A stretch of 64,000 bases of DNA from an uncultured Gammaproteobacteria bacterium (lineage in GTDB: Bacteria > Patescibacteriota > Microgenomatia > PFEM01 > DATLAM01). This document shows, in pieces, positions 16,338-25,149 of this stretch. How positions within the stretch are numbered: position 1 is the first letter of the stretch; every line of letters begins with the position of its first letter. A program made the translations under genes and the position numbers. The notes under the pieces are model-generated. The model did not search any database. It worked only from the letters and a program-made list of their open reading frames with translations, and was not told the origin of the DNA. The DNA is taken from contig CAZMIZ010000002.1 in assembly GCA_964566925.1 (NCBI GenBank), positions 72,647 through 136,646 of the forward strand. The letters are read 5' to 3'.

Positions 16338-16404
16338 AAGCAGTTAGTTGAAGGCTTCCGCCTCGGCGGACCCGCCGAAGACATGGCGAGTCTTTCCGGG
16401 GTCA
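16338..16404 (+). pseudogene. Decayed tRNA 3' half with a hairpin insertion in the T-loop
   Basis: AAGCAG-TTAGTT-GAAGG-CTT[insert]GAGT-CTTTC-CGGGGTCA parallels the tRNA-Lys 3' half AAGCAG-GGTGTC-GAAGG-TTCGATC-CCTTC-CGGGCTCA. Confidence 0.45.
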
Positions 16405-16420
16405 CTTACTTGGATCCAAA

Positions 16421-17311
16421 TTATATTCGCCAGCACCTTTGTTTTTCAAAATTTTTATGAGGCTTAAAGGGGCTAACGAGTTTTTTGGGATCCTCTCCCA
16501 GAATTTCAATTTTGTCTTTGGGGTATAAAAATCCATATTTTTCTTCCCATAATAGATTTAAATAGCCAACATCATCAGTATTAAAGCCCATTAAAGAGGT
16601 TGCTAGTGAGTCTGCTGCCAGAGCATCGAAGGATGAAAGAACCCATCCAGCCATTTTTTTAGTCCCCTTCCCCACCGGACCATCTCCTTCCATGCCGATA
16701 GTTCCGTCAATGATCACAAAATCTGGGTAGGCGTATTGAGCAATCGAACCCATAACATGATGAATAAATTTACCTTTGTGGATTTTTAGTCTCGTAGTAT
16801 AGCCGGGGACGACACCGACGAGAACGTTTTTTATTGAGGCGGTTATCACCACACGGTTATGCGTTTTAGGCCGAACGATGGAAACTAGAAAGGGGGCCTC
16901 AACAATTGTTTTGCTCATTGGGAGAGAAAATTCACCTTCCGGATATTTTAGTTTTTTGCTTACCACTTCGTCGTCGTTTAAGTCTAAAAGTTTGATTTGG
17001 GGATTTTTTTTGGCTAATTCTGTAAAACCATACTTTTCAAAAGCGTTAATTTTTACCCCCCAAGTTGCCCCCTCAGCAATAATGACTTCCTTTTTGTAAA
17101 ACGGCTGGACAAAGTTAATAAAGCTTTCAACTGCCTTAAATGGAGTGGTTGATAATTCTACCCTGGTGTCAACGAAATTAACTTTTATAACTAACGAAGA
17201 TATTTTTGTCAAAGCCTTTTTAAGCTCTCCCTCTAAAAGACCCAGGGAATCCTGAACACCCTTGAAGTGTTCACTGCTTTTAACCAGAGACACTTTTGCT
17301 TTATTTTTCAT
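16421..17311 (-). CDS. DUF362 domain protein
   Basis: VIKVNFV, IIAEG, KTH....T.SIKN..G and IIDG.IGMEGDGP motifs. Confidence 0.85.
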   Translation of the reverse strand: MKNKAKVSLVKSSEHFKGVQDSLGLLEGELKKALTKISSLVIKVNFVDTRVELSTTPFKAVESFINFVQPFYKKEVIIAEGATWGVKINAFEKYGFTELAKKNPQIKLLDLNDDEVVSKKLKYPEGEFSLPMSKTIVEAPFLVSIVRPKTHNRVVITASIKNVLVGVVPGYTTRLKIHKGKFIHHVMGSIAQYAYPDFVIIDGTIGMEGDGPVGKGTKKMAGWVLSSFDALAADSLATSLMGFNTDDVGYLNLLWEEKYGFLYPKDKIEILGEDPKKLVSPFKPHKNFEKQRCWRI

Positions 17312-17447
17312 TTATTAAATCTCTTATACAATAATAAAAATTTTAGTGCAAGAGAGGGTATTGTTGTTTCCGCATCGGAAGTTTTGTATAATCAAGGCCC
17401 TGCTCCTAAAATGGTTTGAGCTTTCTTACAGATACCCACTAAATAAA

Positions 17448-18029
17448 ATGAAAGAAATTTTAAAAGGCGGAGATTTGATTGCCCACCAAAGAAGGCTTTT
17501 AGAACAGTTTCTTGTAGACTGCCGGTCTGGAATTTTACCCTTAAGATCATACAGACAAATTCGAGAGAGCGGAAGTCTCGTCTTTGAAGAAGGCCAGGAA
17601 GAGTCATTAAAGAGACAAATTATTGAAAAATCGGAGGGGAAATTAAAGCCCGAAAGTGGAAAATTATGCGAAATCGAAGATTACGGTATACCCCAGTTTC
17701 GCCATCATGGGAAAACGTTTGACACTGGCCTAGAAGAAGGGGCTCGGGTAGTTCGAGGGTTCTTTTTTTTAATCATCCTTGATGATTCTTGCCCATACCC
17801 TTGCGAATGTATGGTTCTTGACAATGGAATCTCTCGCGAATTTTATGACAAGATGACGCCAATCGAAAGGAAATCTTTTGTCAAGCGGGTAGCTCGCAGA
17901 TACAGAGGATTTATTTGTCTTTACCCTTCAGATATTTGTGGTTTTACCGCGTTTATTAATGACACTCCAGACGGTTTTACTGTTGACGGGCTTTACCCCG
18001 CCTACTCTCTTTATGATTATAAACGGTAA
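17448..18029 (+). CDS. Hypothetical protein
   Basis: Long ORF filling the gap between two minus-strand genes; start uncertain. Confidence 0.5.
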   Translation: MKEILKGGDLIAHQRRLLEQFLVDCRSGILPLRSYRQIRESGSLVFEEGQEESLKRQIIEKSEGKLKPESGKLCEIEDYGIPQFRHHGKTFDTGLEEGARVVRGFFFLIILDDSCPYPCECMVLDNGISREFYDKMTPIERKSFVKRVARRYRGFICLYPSDICGFTAFINDTPDGFTVDGLYPAYSLYDYKR

Positions 18030-18037
18030 AGAGGTTT

Positions 18038-19387
18038 TTATTTTCTGGAAACAGTGTAAAGAGTCGGGTGAAAAAGAAAGATAGCCGGTGTGTCTTCAAC
18101 TAAAAAGCGCTGAAAATCTTGGTAAATTTCCTTCCGCTCCTCCTGGTTCATCGTTTTTCTGCCATCCTCAAGTAGTTTGTCGATCTTCGGACTTTGATAA
18201 CGGCTAATATTGGTCCCCGCCTGAGTAGAATGCCAGAGTGAATATTGATCTGGATCAGACGACACTTCTTGGGCTACCAGGAGCGCTTCGTAATCCTCGG
18301 GGATGGTATTAACTACCTTAATGTGGGTTTTAACCGGAATTTTTTCCCAGTCAGCTTTAATTTCTTCCGCAACCGATAAAAGGGAGGGAACGGTTGCCAA
18401 TTCGATTTCGATCGACTCCGGAACCTCCCCACCCTCAAACGCCTTCTCCATTAAATTTTTGGCGTTCTCTAGGTCTAGATCATAAGGTTTAACGCTGGGA
18501 TTGTAAGCCCACGATTGAGGGTCAATTGGGCTTAGAGCCCGAGGTGTCCATTTTTTTTCTAAAGCATAGGCTAAGGCTTGGCGGAACGACTTATCAGAAA
18601 GCTTATCAGATTGAGTGTTAAGAAAAATAGCCACATAGCGATTATATTTGACTTCACGGACGATCTGAAGATTTTCCCATTCTTCTAACTCCCCTAAAGC
18701 TGAAAGATTTTTAATCGTGTCAATTTCACCCAACTTAAAGGCCGTCCTCGCTGTCTCTTCGGTGGGATAAAAACGTAAAACAAGATTCTCTTTTTGAGAA
18801 CCTTTTTCGGCTACTTTTAAGACAATTTGTTCAACGATTTGGCCGTTCCGTTCCAGCGAGACCACTTGGTATTCACCCGTCCCAATCAACCCTTTCTTAA
18901 AAACAGGTTTAGAAACAGTTATGGGGAAAGGCGAAAACGGCTCTTTCAGTTGAAATTTAATTGTTTTCTCATCCAAGAATGAAGTGGCCACGTCAGAAAA
19001 ATTATAATTAATATCGCGGGCGGTTACCCTACTGCCGTCATGCCAGAAAAGATTTTCCTTAAGGACGAAAGTATAAGTCTCGCCATCCTCATCGACTTGC
19101 CAAGAAGTAGCCATCGAGGGGACAACACTTTTATCGTTTTGAATGGAGGTTAATCCAGAACTGATTAAATTTTGAACCTCAAGAGGAAGCTGGGAAGTTG
19201 AAAATTTACCTACCAGGCCGATTCTTTGAGTCCCCTTTTTGAAGGGCATCGTCTTAAGAATTCTTGGTAAAACGATGAAACTGACGATTCCAATCAAAAA
19301 ACTTAAAACGAGAAGCCTCGAGTGTTTTTCGAGAAAAGCGGTGCCTAAACGAAGATAGAAACGAATCTTTTTAAAAATTGACGGCAT
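18038..19387 (-). CDS. ABC transporter substrate-binding protein family 5 (peptide), membrane-anchored
   Basis: YTF.LK....WHDG..VTA.D, IGTG.Y, FRQAL.YA and N.S.Y..P.ID.LL motifs. Confidence 0.85.
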   Translation of the reverse strand: MPSIFKKIRFYLRLGTAFLEKHSRLLVLSFLIGIVSFIVLPRILKTMPFKKGTQRIGLVGKFSTSQLPLEVQNLISSGLTSIQNDKSVVPSMATSWQVDEDGETYTFVLKENLFWHDGSRVTARDINYNFSDVATSFLDEKTIKFQLKEPFSPFPITVSKPVFKKGLIGTGEYQVVSLERNGQIVEQIVLKVAEKGSQKENLVLRFYPTEETARTAFKLGEIDTIKNLSALGELEEWENLQIVREVKYNRYVAIFLNTQSDKLSDKSFRQALAYALEKKWTPRALSPIDPQSWAYNPSVKPYDLDLENAKNLMEKAFEGGEVPESIEIELATVPSLLSVAEEIKADWEKIPVKTHIKVVNTIPEDYEALLVAQEVSSDPDQYSLWHSTQAGTNISRYQSPKIDKLLEDGRKTMNQEERKEIYQDFQRFLVEDTPAIFLFHPTLYTVSRK

Positions 19388-19395
19388 TTTAATTT

Positions 19396-19614
19396 TTAGC
19401 TCAGGATTGGGCTGATGATTGAAATGAGAAGGAAGGCGGCAGCGAGAACAATCGTGGCGATGAAAATAATCCGCTCCATTCCCCTTTTAGATCGGTAAAA
19501 CTCTCCGCCTCCTCCCCAGGTACTGCCTAAACCAGTTCCTCGAGCCTGGACGAGAATAGCTGCCATTAAGGAGAGGGCGATAATGATTTGGATAACCGTG
19601 ATCACTTCTTTCAT
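19396..19614 (-). CDS. secG: Preprotein translocase subunit SecG
   Basis: ILVQ.RG.GLG..WGG and RG.E between two TM helices. Confidence 0.9.
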   Translation of the reverse strand: MKEVITVIQIIIALSLMAAILVQARGTGLGSTWGGGGEFYRSKRGMERIIFIATIVLAAAFLLISIISPILS

Positions 19615-19622
19615 TTTTCTTA

Positions 19623-20027
19623 TTACTTTTTAACCAGCCAAAAAAGGAAACTACTGGTCAAGCTAATGAGAAAAGAGGCCAAAATGAAAACCAAAATAAC
19701 GCTCAACTCTAAAGGAGGAATAACAAAACCTTGGTAAACAAATCCCAAAAAGTGAAAACTGACGATTTGGAATTGGGGAACCAGGATGGTAACCAGGTAA
19801 AGAGAAGCAACATTGACTAGCCAACGAAAGGCGCCCAGAGTTAAGAGATTGATTGGGAGTAAAAGAAGGTTGACTAAAGGTTTGACTACCAGGTTAACGA
19901 CAGTGAGGACGAAGGCAGCAATCAAGAGAGTCTGATAATTGGCACCATAACTCATACCTGGCAAAACTTGGCTCACTAACCAGAGAGAGACAAGATTGAT
20001 TGCGAAGGAGCGAAGATGCCTTTTCAT
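19623..20027 (-). CDS. 4-TM phage-holin-like (YvlD/DUF360) membrane protein
   Basis: N..VKP....L.LPIN.LTLG.F...VN motif. Confidence 0.8.
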   Translation of the reverse strand: MKRHLRSFAINLVSLWLVSQVLPGMSYGANYQTLLIAAFVLTVVNLVVKPLVNLLLLPINLLTLGAFRWLVNVASLYLVTILVPQFQIVSFHFLGFVYQGFVIPPLELSVILVFILASFLISLTSSFLFWLVKK

Positions 20028-20071
20028 TACCTAATTTTTACCATGAATTAAGCGAAATGTCAAAGAAATTT

Positions 20072-21928
20072 TTAAGCTGAAGGCCGGCGAATTTTTCGGA
20101 TCAATAAAGGGGCAGCTTTATAAATTGTCAGGAAAAGGAAAACACCCATTAGACTGCCAATAACGGCAGGAATAATTTGGTGCCAGATTAGCGATTTAAT
20201 CTCTAGGTGATAATCAAATTTTTCGTTATTGATTAAAATGGAGATCGTTCCTTGACCCGATTTAAGCCAAGTTTGATTTTTAAGCCTAACTGCTAGGACC
20301 TGGCTGGCAAAGGGCGGTAAAATGGTAATTTCTTCTGGGTGATAATCAACATTAAGGAAAGCGCTATTGATCTCAATAGGCAAATTGTAAAGAGCGCTTG
20401 AACCGCTGTTTTTAACAATGACCTCGCCGGCTGATTCAAAGCCTGCGAAAACACTTTTAGGCAAGTCAAAACTCACCTCAAGATTAACTGGTGTCTCTAC
20501 TGCATATGTCCCAAAAGCCACCTGAATATCTTTTTGGATGGACTCTTCTAGTTTATAGGCGCCGGCAGGATAGGGAGTCTCACTGTCTGCGCCGTGAGTA
20601 ACAAAGGCAAAGTGGCTAAGGTCAAGTTTAGAAAAATAATCTATCCCGCCGGTCGTCTTACCCCAGGTGGGATCGACCGGAACCCAAATTTGTTTTTCCT
20701 CGTCCCAGTACTCAGGCCAAGCATGGAGAACATCGGCCATTAAACTCAGCGGGCGGAGTTTTTCGTTGGTTGCGTAAGCAAACCCGTTGATCTCCCTAGC
20801 TGGATAGCCAGCCGCCCGAGAAAGAGCGACGAAGAGGTCAGTAAATTCTGTGCAGATAGCTTTGTCCGGATTTTTTAAAGATTCAAGAGCTCCTAGCCGC
20901 TCCGCCCCCCTTTTTACTCGAGAATAATCGTAATCTAAATTTTCAATCACAAAATTATAAATATCTTGAGGGGTGGCCAAATTTTCCGCTTGAGATTTAA
21001 TTATTTCCTCCTCTGTTTCCCAAAAAACATCCGGTTTAAGATTAGACTCTAAAGCGCTTTGAGTAGGTATTGGGAAATGTTCTTGGGGGTGGGTGTAGAT
21101 TTTAACCTGGCCTGAAGCTTTAATGGTTAGCTTTTCTTTGGCTGCTAATCGATACGAGGCAAGCCAATTTCCATCAACATCTATTTTGACATTCAAAGGA
21201 GGCGGATCGATAGTTTTATAGATAACCTTTTGATAAGCAGTGTCAGGGGGTAAGGCAATGCTCGTTTCACCAGTGACCATCTCTGGATTTTTCAAATGAT
21301 AAAAAAGAGTAAAATCAAAAACTTGAAAATCGCCGAAAACCGCAACGCCGCCCGAATCTCCCAGTTGGCCTTTATTGAAAAAATAGATGTTTGATTCAGA
21401 ATCGCTTCTTTTGGATGCAGGTTGAGGCGTAATATAAGCCAACTCCCCAAAGCTTTTAGGTACAGTGAGGGAAAGAGAATAGGAATTAATTTCTTCTGGG
21501 TGGGAAAGCTTGGGAAGGGTAATTTCCCAAACCTGGCCATTTTTACTGGCGACTCCTAGTGTCTCGTATTTTAGACTAAATTTGAGACTCTTGCCACTCC
21601 CAACCACTTGTTCATTAAAAGTTAGGTCGATAATCGTTGTCTTGCCTTCTTCTTTAACTTCAGTCGCCAGTGGACCCAAAGAATCTTCGGCGACTACGTT
21701 TTGGATATGGCCGATTTCGGTGGTCAGTGAATAGCGAGTAGCGTAAACTTGAGAAAGCTTATTGGTCAAAGAGATTTCCTGAGTAACCTGGGTCACCCCT
21801 CTCGGATTAACCGCGTAACGGACCTGATAGTCAGTTTCGAATTCTTCGGAAGAATATCCTTTTGGAGCGGTTATTAAACCGATACTGCTAAAAAGAATTA
21901 GAAAAAAGACGAGGGGAAAACGCCTCAT
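20072..21928 (-). CDS. Secreted/membrane transglutaminase-like protein
   Basis: Catalytic triad CTEF, HAW, DPTW; signal peptide and C-terminal TM. Confidence 0.85.
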   Translation of the reverse strand: MRRFPLVFFLILFSSIGLITAPKGYSSEEFETDYQVRYAVNPRGVTQVTQEISLTNKLSQVYATRYSLTTEIGHIQNVVAEDSLGPLATEVKEEGKTTIIDLTFNEQVVGSGKSLKFSLKYETLGVASKNGQVWEITLPKLSHPEEINSYSLSLTVPKSFGELAYITPQPASKRSDSESNIYFFNKGQLGDSGGVAVFGDFQVFDFTLFYHLKNPEMVTGETSIALPPDTAYQKVIYKTIDPPPLNVKIDVDGNWLASYRLAAKEKLTIKASGQVKIYTHPQEHFPIPTQSALESNLKPDVFWETEEEIIKSQAENLATPQDIYNFVIENLDYDYSRVKRGAERLGALESLKNPDKAICTEFTDLFVALSRAAGYPAREINGFAYATNEKLRPLSLMADVLHAWPEYWDEEKQIWVPVDPTWGKTTGGIDYFSKLDLSHFAFVTHGADSETPYPAGAYKLEESIQKDIQVAFGTYAVETPVNLEVSFDLPKSVFAGFESAGEVIVKNSGSSALYNLPIEINSAFLNVDYHPEEITILPPFASQVLAVRLKNQTWLKSGQGTISILINNEKFDYHLEIKSLIWHQIIPAVIGSLMGVFLFLTIYKAAPLLIRKIRRPSA

Positions 21929-21972
21929 AAGATCATTTTAAAATCTGTCTTGAAATTTGTCTAGGGCGAGAC

Positions 21973-22001
21973 TTGACAAAGAATTCTTTTTCGGGTATTC
22001 T
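21973..22001 (+). promoter_or_regulatory. lexA promoter
   Basis: TTGACA-17 bp-TATTCT, 7 nt before ATG 22009. Confidence 0.7.
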
Positions 22002-22008
22002 TGGGGTG

Positions 22009-22623
22009 ATGCCCGTTACTCTTTATAAGCGCCAAAAACAAATTCTTGATTTTATTTCTCAATATATCCAAAAAAACGGATTCTCACCCACCCTTCAAGA
22101 TATTGCCGACGCTCTTGGCGTTTCCTCGTTAGCTACCGTTCATGAACACTTAACGGCGATGACCAAAAAGGGCGTCATTAAACGCTACGAGGGAGCTGTT
22201 CGAGGAATTGAGTTGGCGGATAAGAAATTAGGCAAACTGACTCAAGGGGTAGAATTGCCTATTTTGGGCTTCATTGCCGCAGGCAAACCAATTGAAGCTC
22301 ATACTGACCCCAATGCTTCGACTAAGATTTCACCCAGCATGCTCTCTGGTAAGAAGCGCGCTTTCGTCCTCCAAGTTAAAGGAGAAAGTATGATTGAAGA
22401 CGGAATTCTGGATGGCGATTATGTAGTCGTCGAACAACAGGAATTAGCCAATAATGGCGACTTAGTCGTGGCTATTCTGGAAAATGGAATGGCTACCTTA
22501 AAACGATTCTTTAAAGAAGCAACGCGGGTTAGACTAGAGCCAGCCAACGCCGAGATGAGTCCTATTTTTGCTAAAAAGGTAAGGATTCAGGGAAAAGTCG
22601 TCGGCGTGGTTCGTAGATATTAA
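22009..22623 (+). CDS. lexA: LexA repressor
   Basis: RQ..IL.FI...I...GFSPT..DI HTH, IAAG cleavage site, GESM and TLKR catalytic motifs. Confidence 0.95.
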   Translation: MPVTLYKRQKQILDFISQYIQKNGFSPTLQDIADALGVSSLATVHEHLTAMTKKGVIKRYEGAVRGIELADKKLGKLTQGVELPILGFIAAGKPIEAHTDPNASTKISPSMLSGKKRAFVLQVKGESMIEDGILDGDYVVVEQQELANNGDLVVAILENGMATLKRFFKEATRVRLEPANAEMSPIFAKKVRIQGKVVGVVRRY

Positions 22624-22682
22624 TTTTCTTCTAACTAACTTCTTCTTGAAATTCCTTCTCTTTGGGTATTTAATAAGGATTA

Positions 22683-23252
22683 TTGAAGAATTCAGTTAGT
22701 CCCTACCAGCCTCATCAGTATATAAAAGATATTTTGGGAGGCCAGTTTATTTCTGTTCTTGGCGGTCTTTTGGCCGGACTCCTTCTCGCTTCCCGGATTG
22801 ATCATCTTGAACTTTTTCCCGGTTTCTTCATCCTTTTTCCTGGCTTCTTAGAACTTCAGGGAGGTCTTAACGGGAGCTTGGCAGCAAGAATTGGGTCTCT
22901 AATTCATGTCGACGGGGTTGAAAGCGTCGATGGTTTAACTGATCTGCGAGTTAAAGAGAATTTGGCGGTTAGTTTTAGTCTTTGTCTAGTTGCCAGTTTG
23001 ATTTTAGGTATTTTTGCCTTTTTCTTAGCCTATTTAGTACTTGACAAAATGATTTTTTCTCTTATTTTTGTTTCCTCTTTGGCTGGCCTCCTCGCCAGTC
23101 TTTTCCTAATCCCACTAACCTTCTTTATCGCGATTTGGCTGTATAAAAAGGGGCATGATCCCGATAATGTTATGGGACCATTTATTACCTCTCTAGGAGA
23201 TATTATTAGCGTTATCTCTTTGATTACGATTATCAGTTTAATCGTCAAATGA
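22683..23252 (+). CDS. MgtE/SLC41-type cation transporter membrane half
   Basis: P......G...GSL.AR and DPDNV.GP..TS.GD motifs. Confidence 0.8.
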   Translation: MKNSVSPYQPHQYIKDILGGQFISVLGGLLAGLLLASRIDHLELFPGFFILFPGFLELQGGLNGSLAARIGSLIHVDGVESVDGLTDLRVKENLAVSFSLCLVASLILGIFAFFLAYLVLDKMIFSLIFVSSLAGLLASLFLIPLTFFIAIWLYKKGHDPDNVMGPFITSLGDIISVISLITIISLIVK

Positions 23253-23809
23253 CTAAAGGAATAAGAGAAAATTTTTCTCAAAACCTACCCTCTCTTATTT
23301 TTGCTTCGTGCCTAAGTTCAATTGGCGGCATTAGTCTTAGTTTTACCAGGGAGAAGATTCTCCTTATTTTGCCGCTTCTTATTCTTCTGCCTGCCTTAAA
23401 TAATATGGTTGGAGGCTATGGAACCATTATTGCCTCCAAATTTACCACCTGGCTTTATCGAGGGACGATTCCTCCTCATTGGTGGAAGTCAAAAAGATTG
23501 AGAAGTCTTTTTAAAAATATTTTTCTAATTGCCTGTCTTTATTCATTCCTGAATGCAGGCTTAGCCAGTGCCCTTTCTTTTTATCAAGATTTTCCCTTAA
23601 CCTTATCTGTTTTTTTAAGAGTTCTTTTAATTGGCGTGGTTACCACGACGGCGATAGTTTTCTTTCTATCTTTCCTGGTTATCTTAATTGGAATTTATCT
23701 TAATCGAAGAAGGCTTGATCCTGACAATTATCTTATTCCCTTTGCCACCGCCCTGGCCGATCTCGGAGCTCTAATGGTTTTTGGTGGTTTAGTTTCTCTT
23801 TTGTTCTGA
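23249..23809 (+). CDS. MgtE/SLC41-type cation transporter membrane half
   Basis: P....MVG..G.I and LDPDN..IP..T..AD motifs; ATGA-coupled to the previous gene. Confidence 0.8.
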   Translation: MTKGIRENFSQNLPSLIFASCLSSIGGISLSFTREKILLILPLLILLPALNNMVGGYGTIIASKFTTWLYRGTIPPHWWKSKRLRSLFKNIFLIACLYSFLNAGLASALSFYQDFPLTLSVFLRVLLIGVVTTTAIVFFLSFLVILIGIYLNRRRLDPDNYLIPFATALADLGALMVFGGLVSLLF

Positions 23810-24442
23810 GTTACTTTTTTTGATTTTCTTGAGCTTATACCAAACATAAAAAATGACTGCGCCTACTCCGACAGCAACGATTAAAAGATCGAATTTTCTA
23901 AAATAAACCTCTAAGATGTTCCAATTTTCACCGAGAAGGACGCCAAAATAAGCCAAGATAGCTGACCAAATTAGTGCCCCAGCCAAACTAAAAACAGAAA
24001 ATTTAAAAATGTTCATTTGGGAAAAGCCAGCCGGCAGGGAAATAAAGGTTCTAATTACCGGTAATAATCTCGAGGCAAAGGCAATCAATTCTCCCTTTTC
24101 TCTGAACCATTTTTCCGCTGTCTCCACTTCCTCATAGGTAATCAAAAGAAACTTCCCGTATTTTTTAACCAATCGCCGGACAAATCTTTCTTGACCCCAA
24201 TAACCCAAACCGTAAGCCATTAATGAACCGACCAAGTTCCCAATTCCGCCTGCCAAAACAACCAGCCAAAAATTTAGCTTACCTAAGCCAACCATGAAAC
24301 CGGCAAAAGGCATGGTTACTTCAGAAGGAATGGGGATTAAAGCAGATTCAACCAGCATTAAAAGAAAGACGGCTGGATATCCCAGGGTTGAGATAGAATT
24401 TGTGATCCAGTGGCCAATGGGTTCAAGTAAGGCTTCAATCAT
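23789..24442 (-). CDS. DedA family membrane protein
   Basis: ESALIPIPSE..MPFAG and SRLLPVIRTFISLPAG motifs. Confidence 0.92.
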   Translation of the reverse strand: MIEALLEPIGHWITNSISTLGYPAVFLLMLVESALIPIPSEVTMPFAGFMVGLGKLNFWLVVLAGGIGNLVGSLMAYGLGYWGQERFVRRLVKKYGKFLLITYEEVETAEKWFREKGELIAFASRLLPVIRTFISLPAGFSQMNIFKFSVFSLAGALIWSAILAYFGVLLGENWNILEVYFRKFDLLIVAVGVGAVIFYVWYKLKKIKKSNSEQKRN

Positions 24443-24465
24443 CGTTGTGATATACTCTCCATTGT

Positions 24466-25149
24466 ATGGGGACATTGTTTATTGTGTCAACCCCGATTGG
24501 CAATTTAAAAGACATTACCTTAAGGGCTTTGGAGATTTTAGCCAAAGTTGACCTGATTGCCTGCGAAGACACTCGAAAAGCAGGCTTGCTCTTAAAACGT
24601 CATCAAATAAAAAAGCCTTCACTCCTTTCGTATTATGAAGAAAATGAAACCCAGCGAATTCCCCAGATGATAAGGCTTTTAAAAGAGGGAAAGGCAGTTG
24701 CTTTGGTGTCCAATGCTGGCACGCCGGCGATTTCGGATCCCGGCTTTAAACTCATTAGAAAATGCGTTGAGGAGAATATCAAAATTGAAATTATTCCAGG
24801 CGCTTCAGCCATTCTGGCTGCTCTAATTTCTTCTGGATTACCCACTGATAAATTCCTTTTTTTAGGTTATTTGCCGAAAAAGCAAGGAAAGCGCTTAAAG
24901 CTTCTTAAAAACTGGACTTTAAGTTTGGTTGCCTCTACGCTGATTATTTTTGAATCCCCGCATCGGTTGGTTAAAACATTGGTTGACATTAAAAACGTTT
25001 TTGGCGATATAGAGATTGTCATTTGTCGGGAGATGACCAAGATTCATGAGGAAATTAGACGAGAAAGAATCAGTCAATCAATTAAACATTTTGAGAAAAC
25101 GAAACCAAGAGGAGAATTAACACTAGTCTTCAGAATTCTTCCAAAGTAG
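24466..25149 (+). CDS. rsmI: 16S rRNA C1402 2'-O-methyltransferase
   Basis: STPIGNL.DIT.RA, CEDTR, AGTP.ISDPG, FESPHR and REMTK.HEE motifs. Confidence 0.95.
   Translation: MGTLFIVSTPIGNLKDITLRALEILAKVDLIACEDTRKAGLLLKRHQIKKPSLLSYYEENETQRIPQMIRLLKEGKAVALVSNAGTPAISDPGFKLIRKCVEENIKIEIIPGASAILAALISSGLPTDKFLFLGYLPKKQGKRLKLLKNWTLSLVASTLIIFESPHRLVKTLVDIKNVFGDIEIVICREMTKIHEEIRRERISQSIKHFEKTKPRGELTLVFRILPK

Noticed and set aside
16090-16404. The 5' half at 16090 and the 3' remnant at 16338-16404 as one split or nested tRNA
   Set aside because: The acceptor strands GCGCCAG and CGGGGTC give three mismatches and do not pair.
19623-20027. Holin-family gene as a prophage marker
   Set aside because: It sits in a housekeeping run with secG; no phage structural genes nearby.
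21960-22008. LexA box upstream of lexA
   Set aside because: No known SOS box recognised; the short AAGAATTCTT palindrome was not seen upstream of ruvC.
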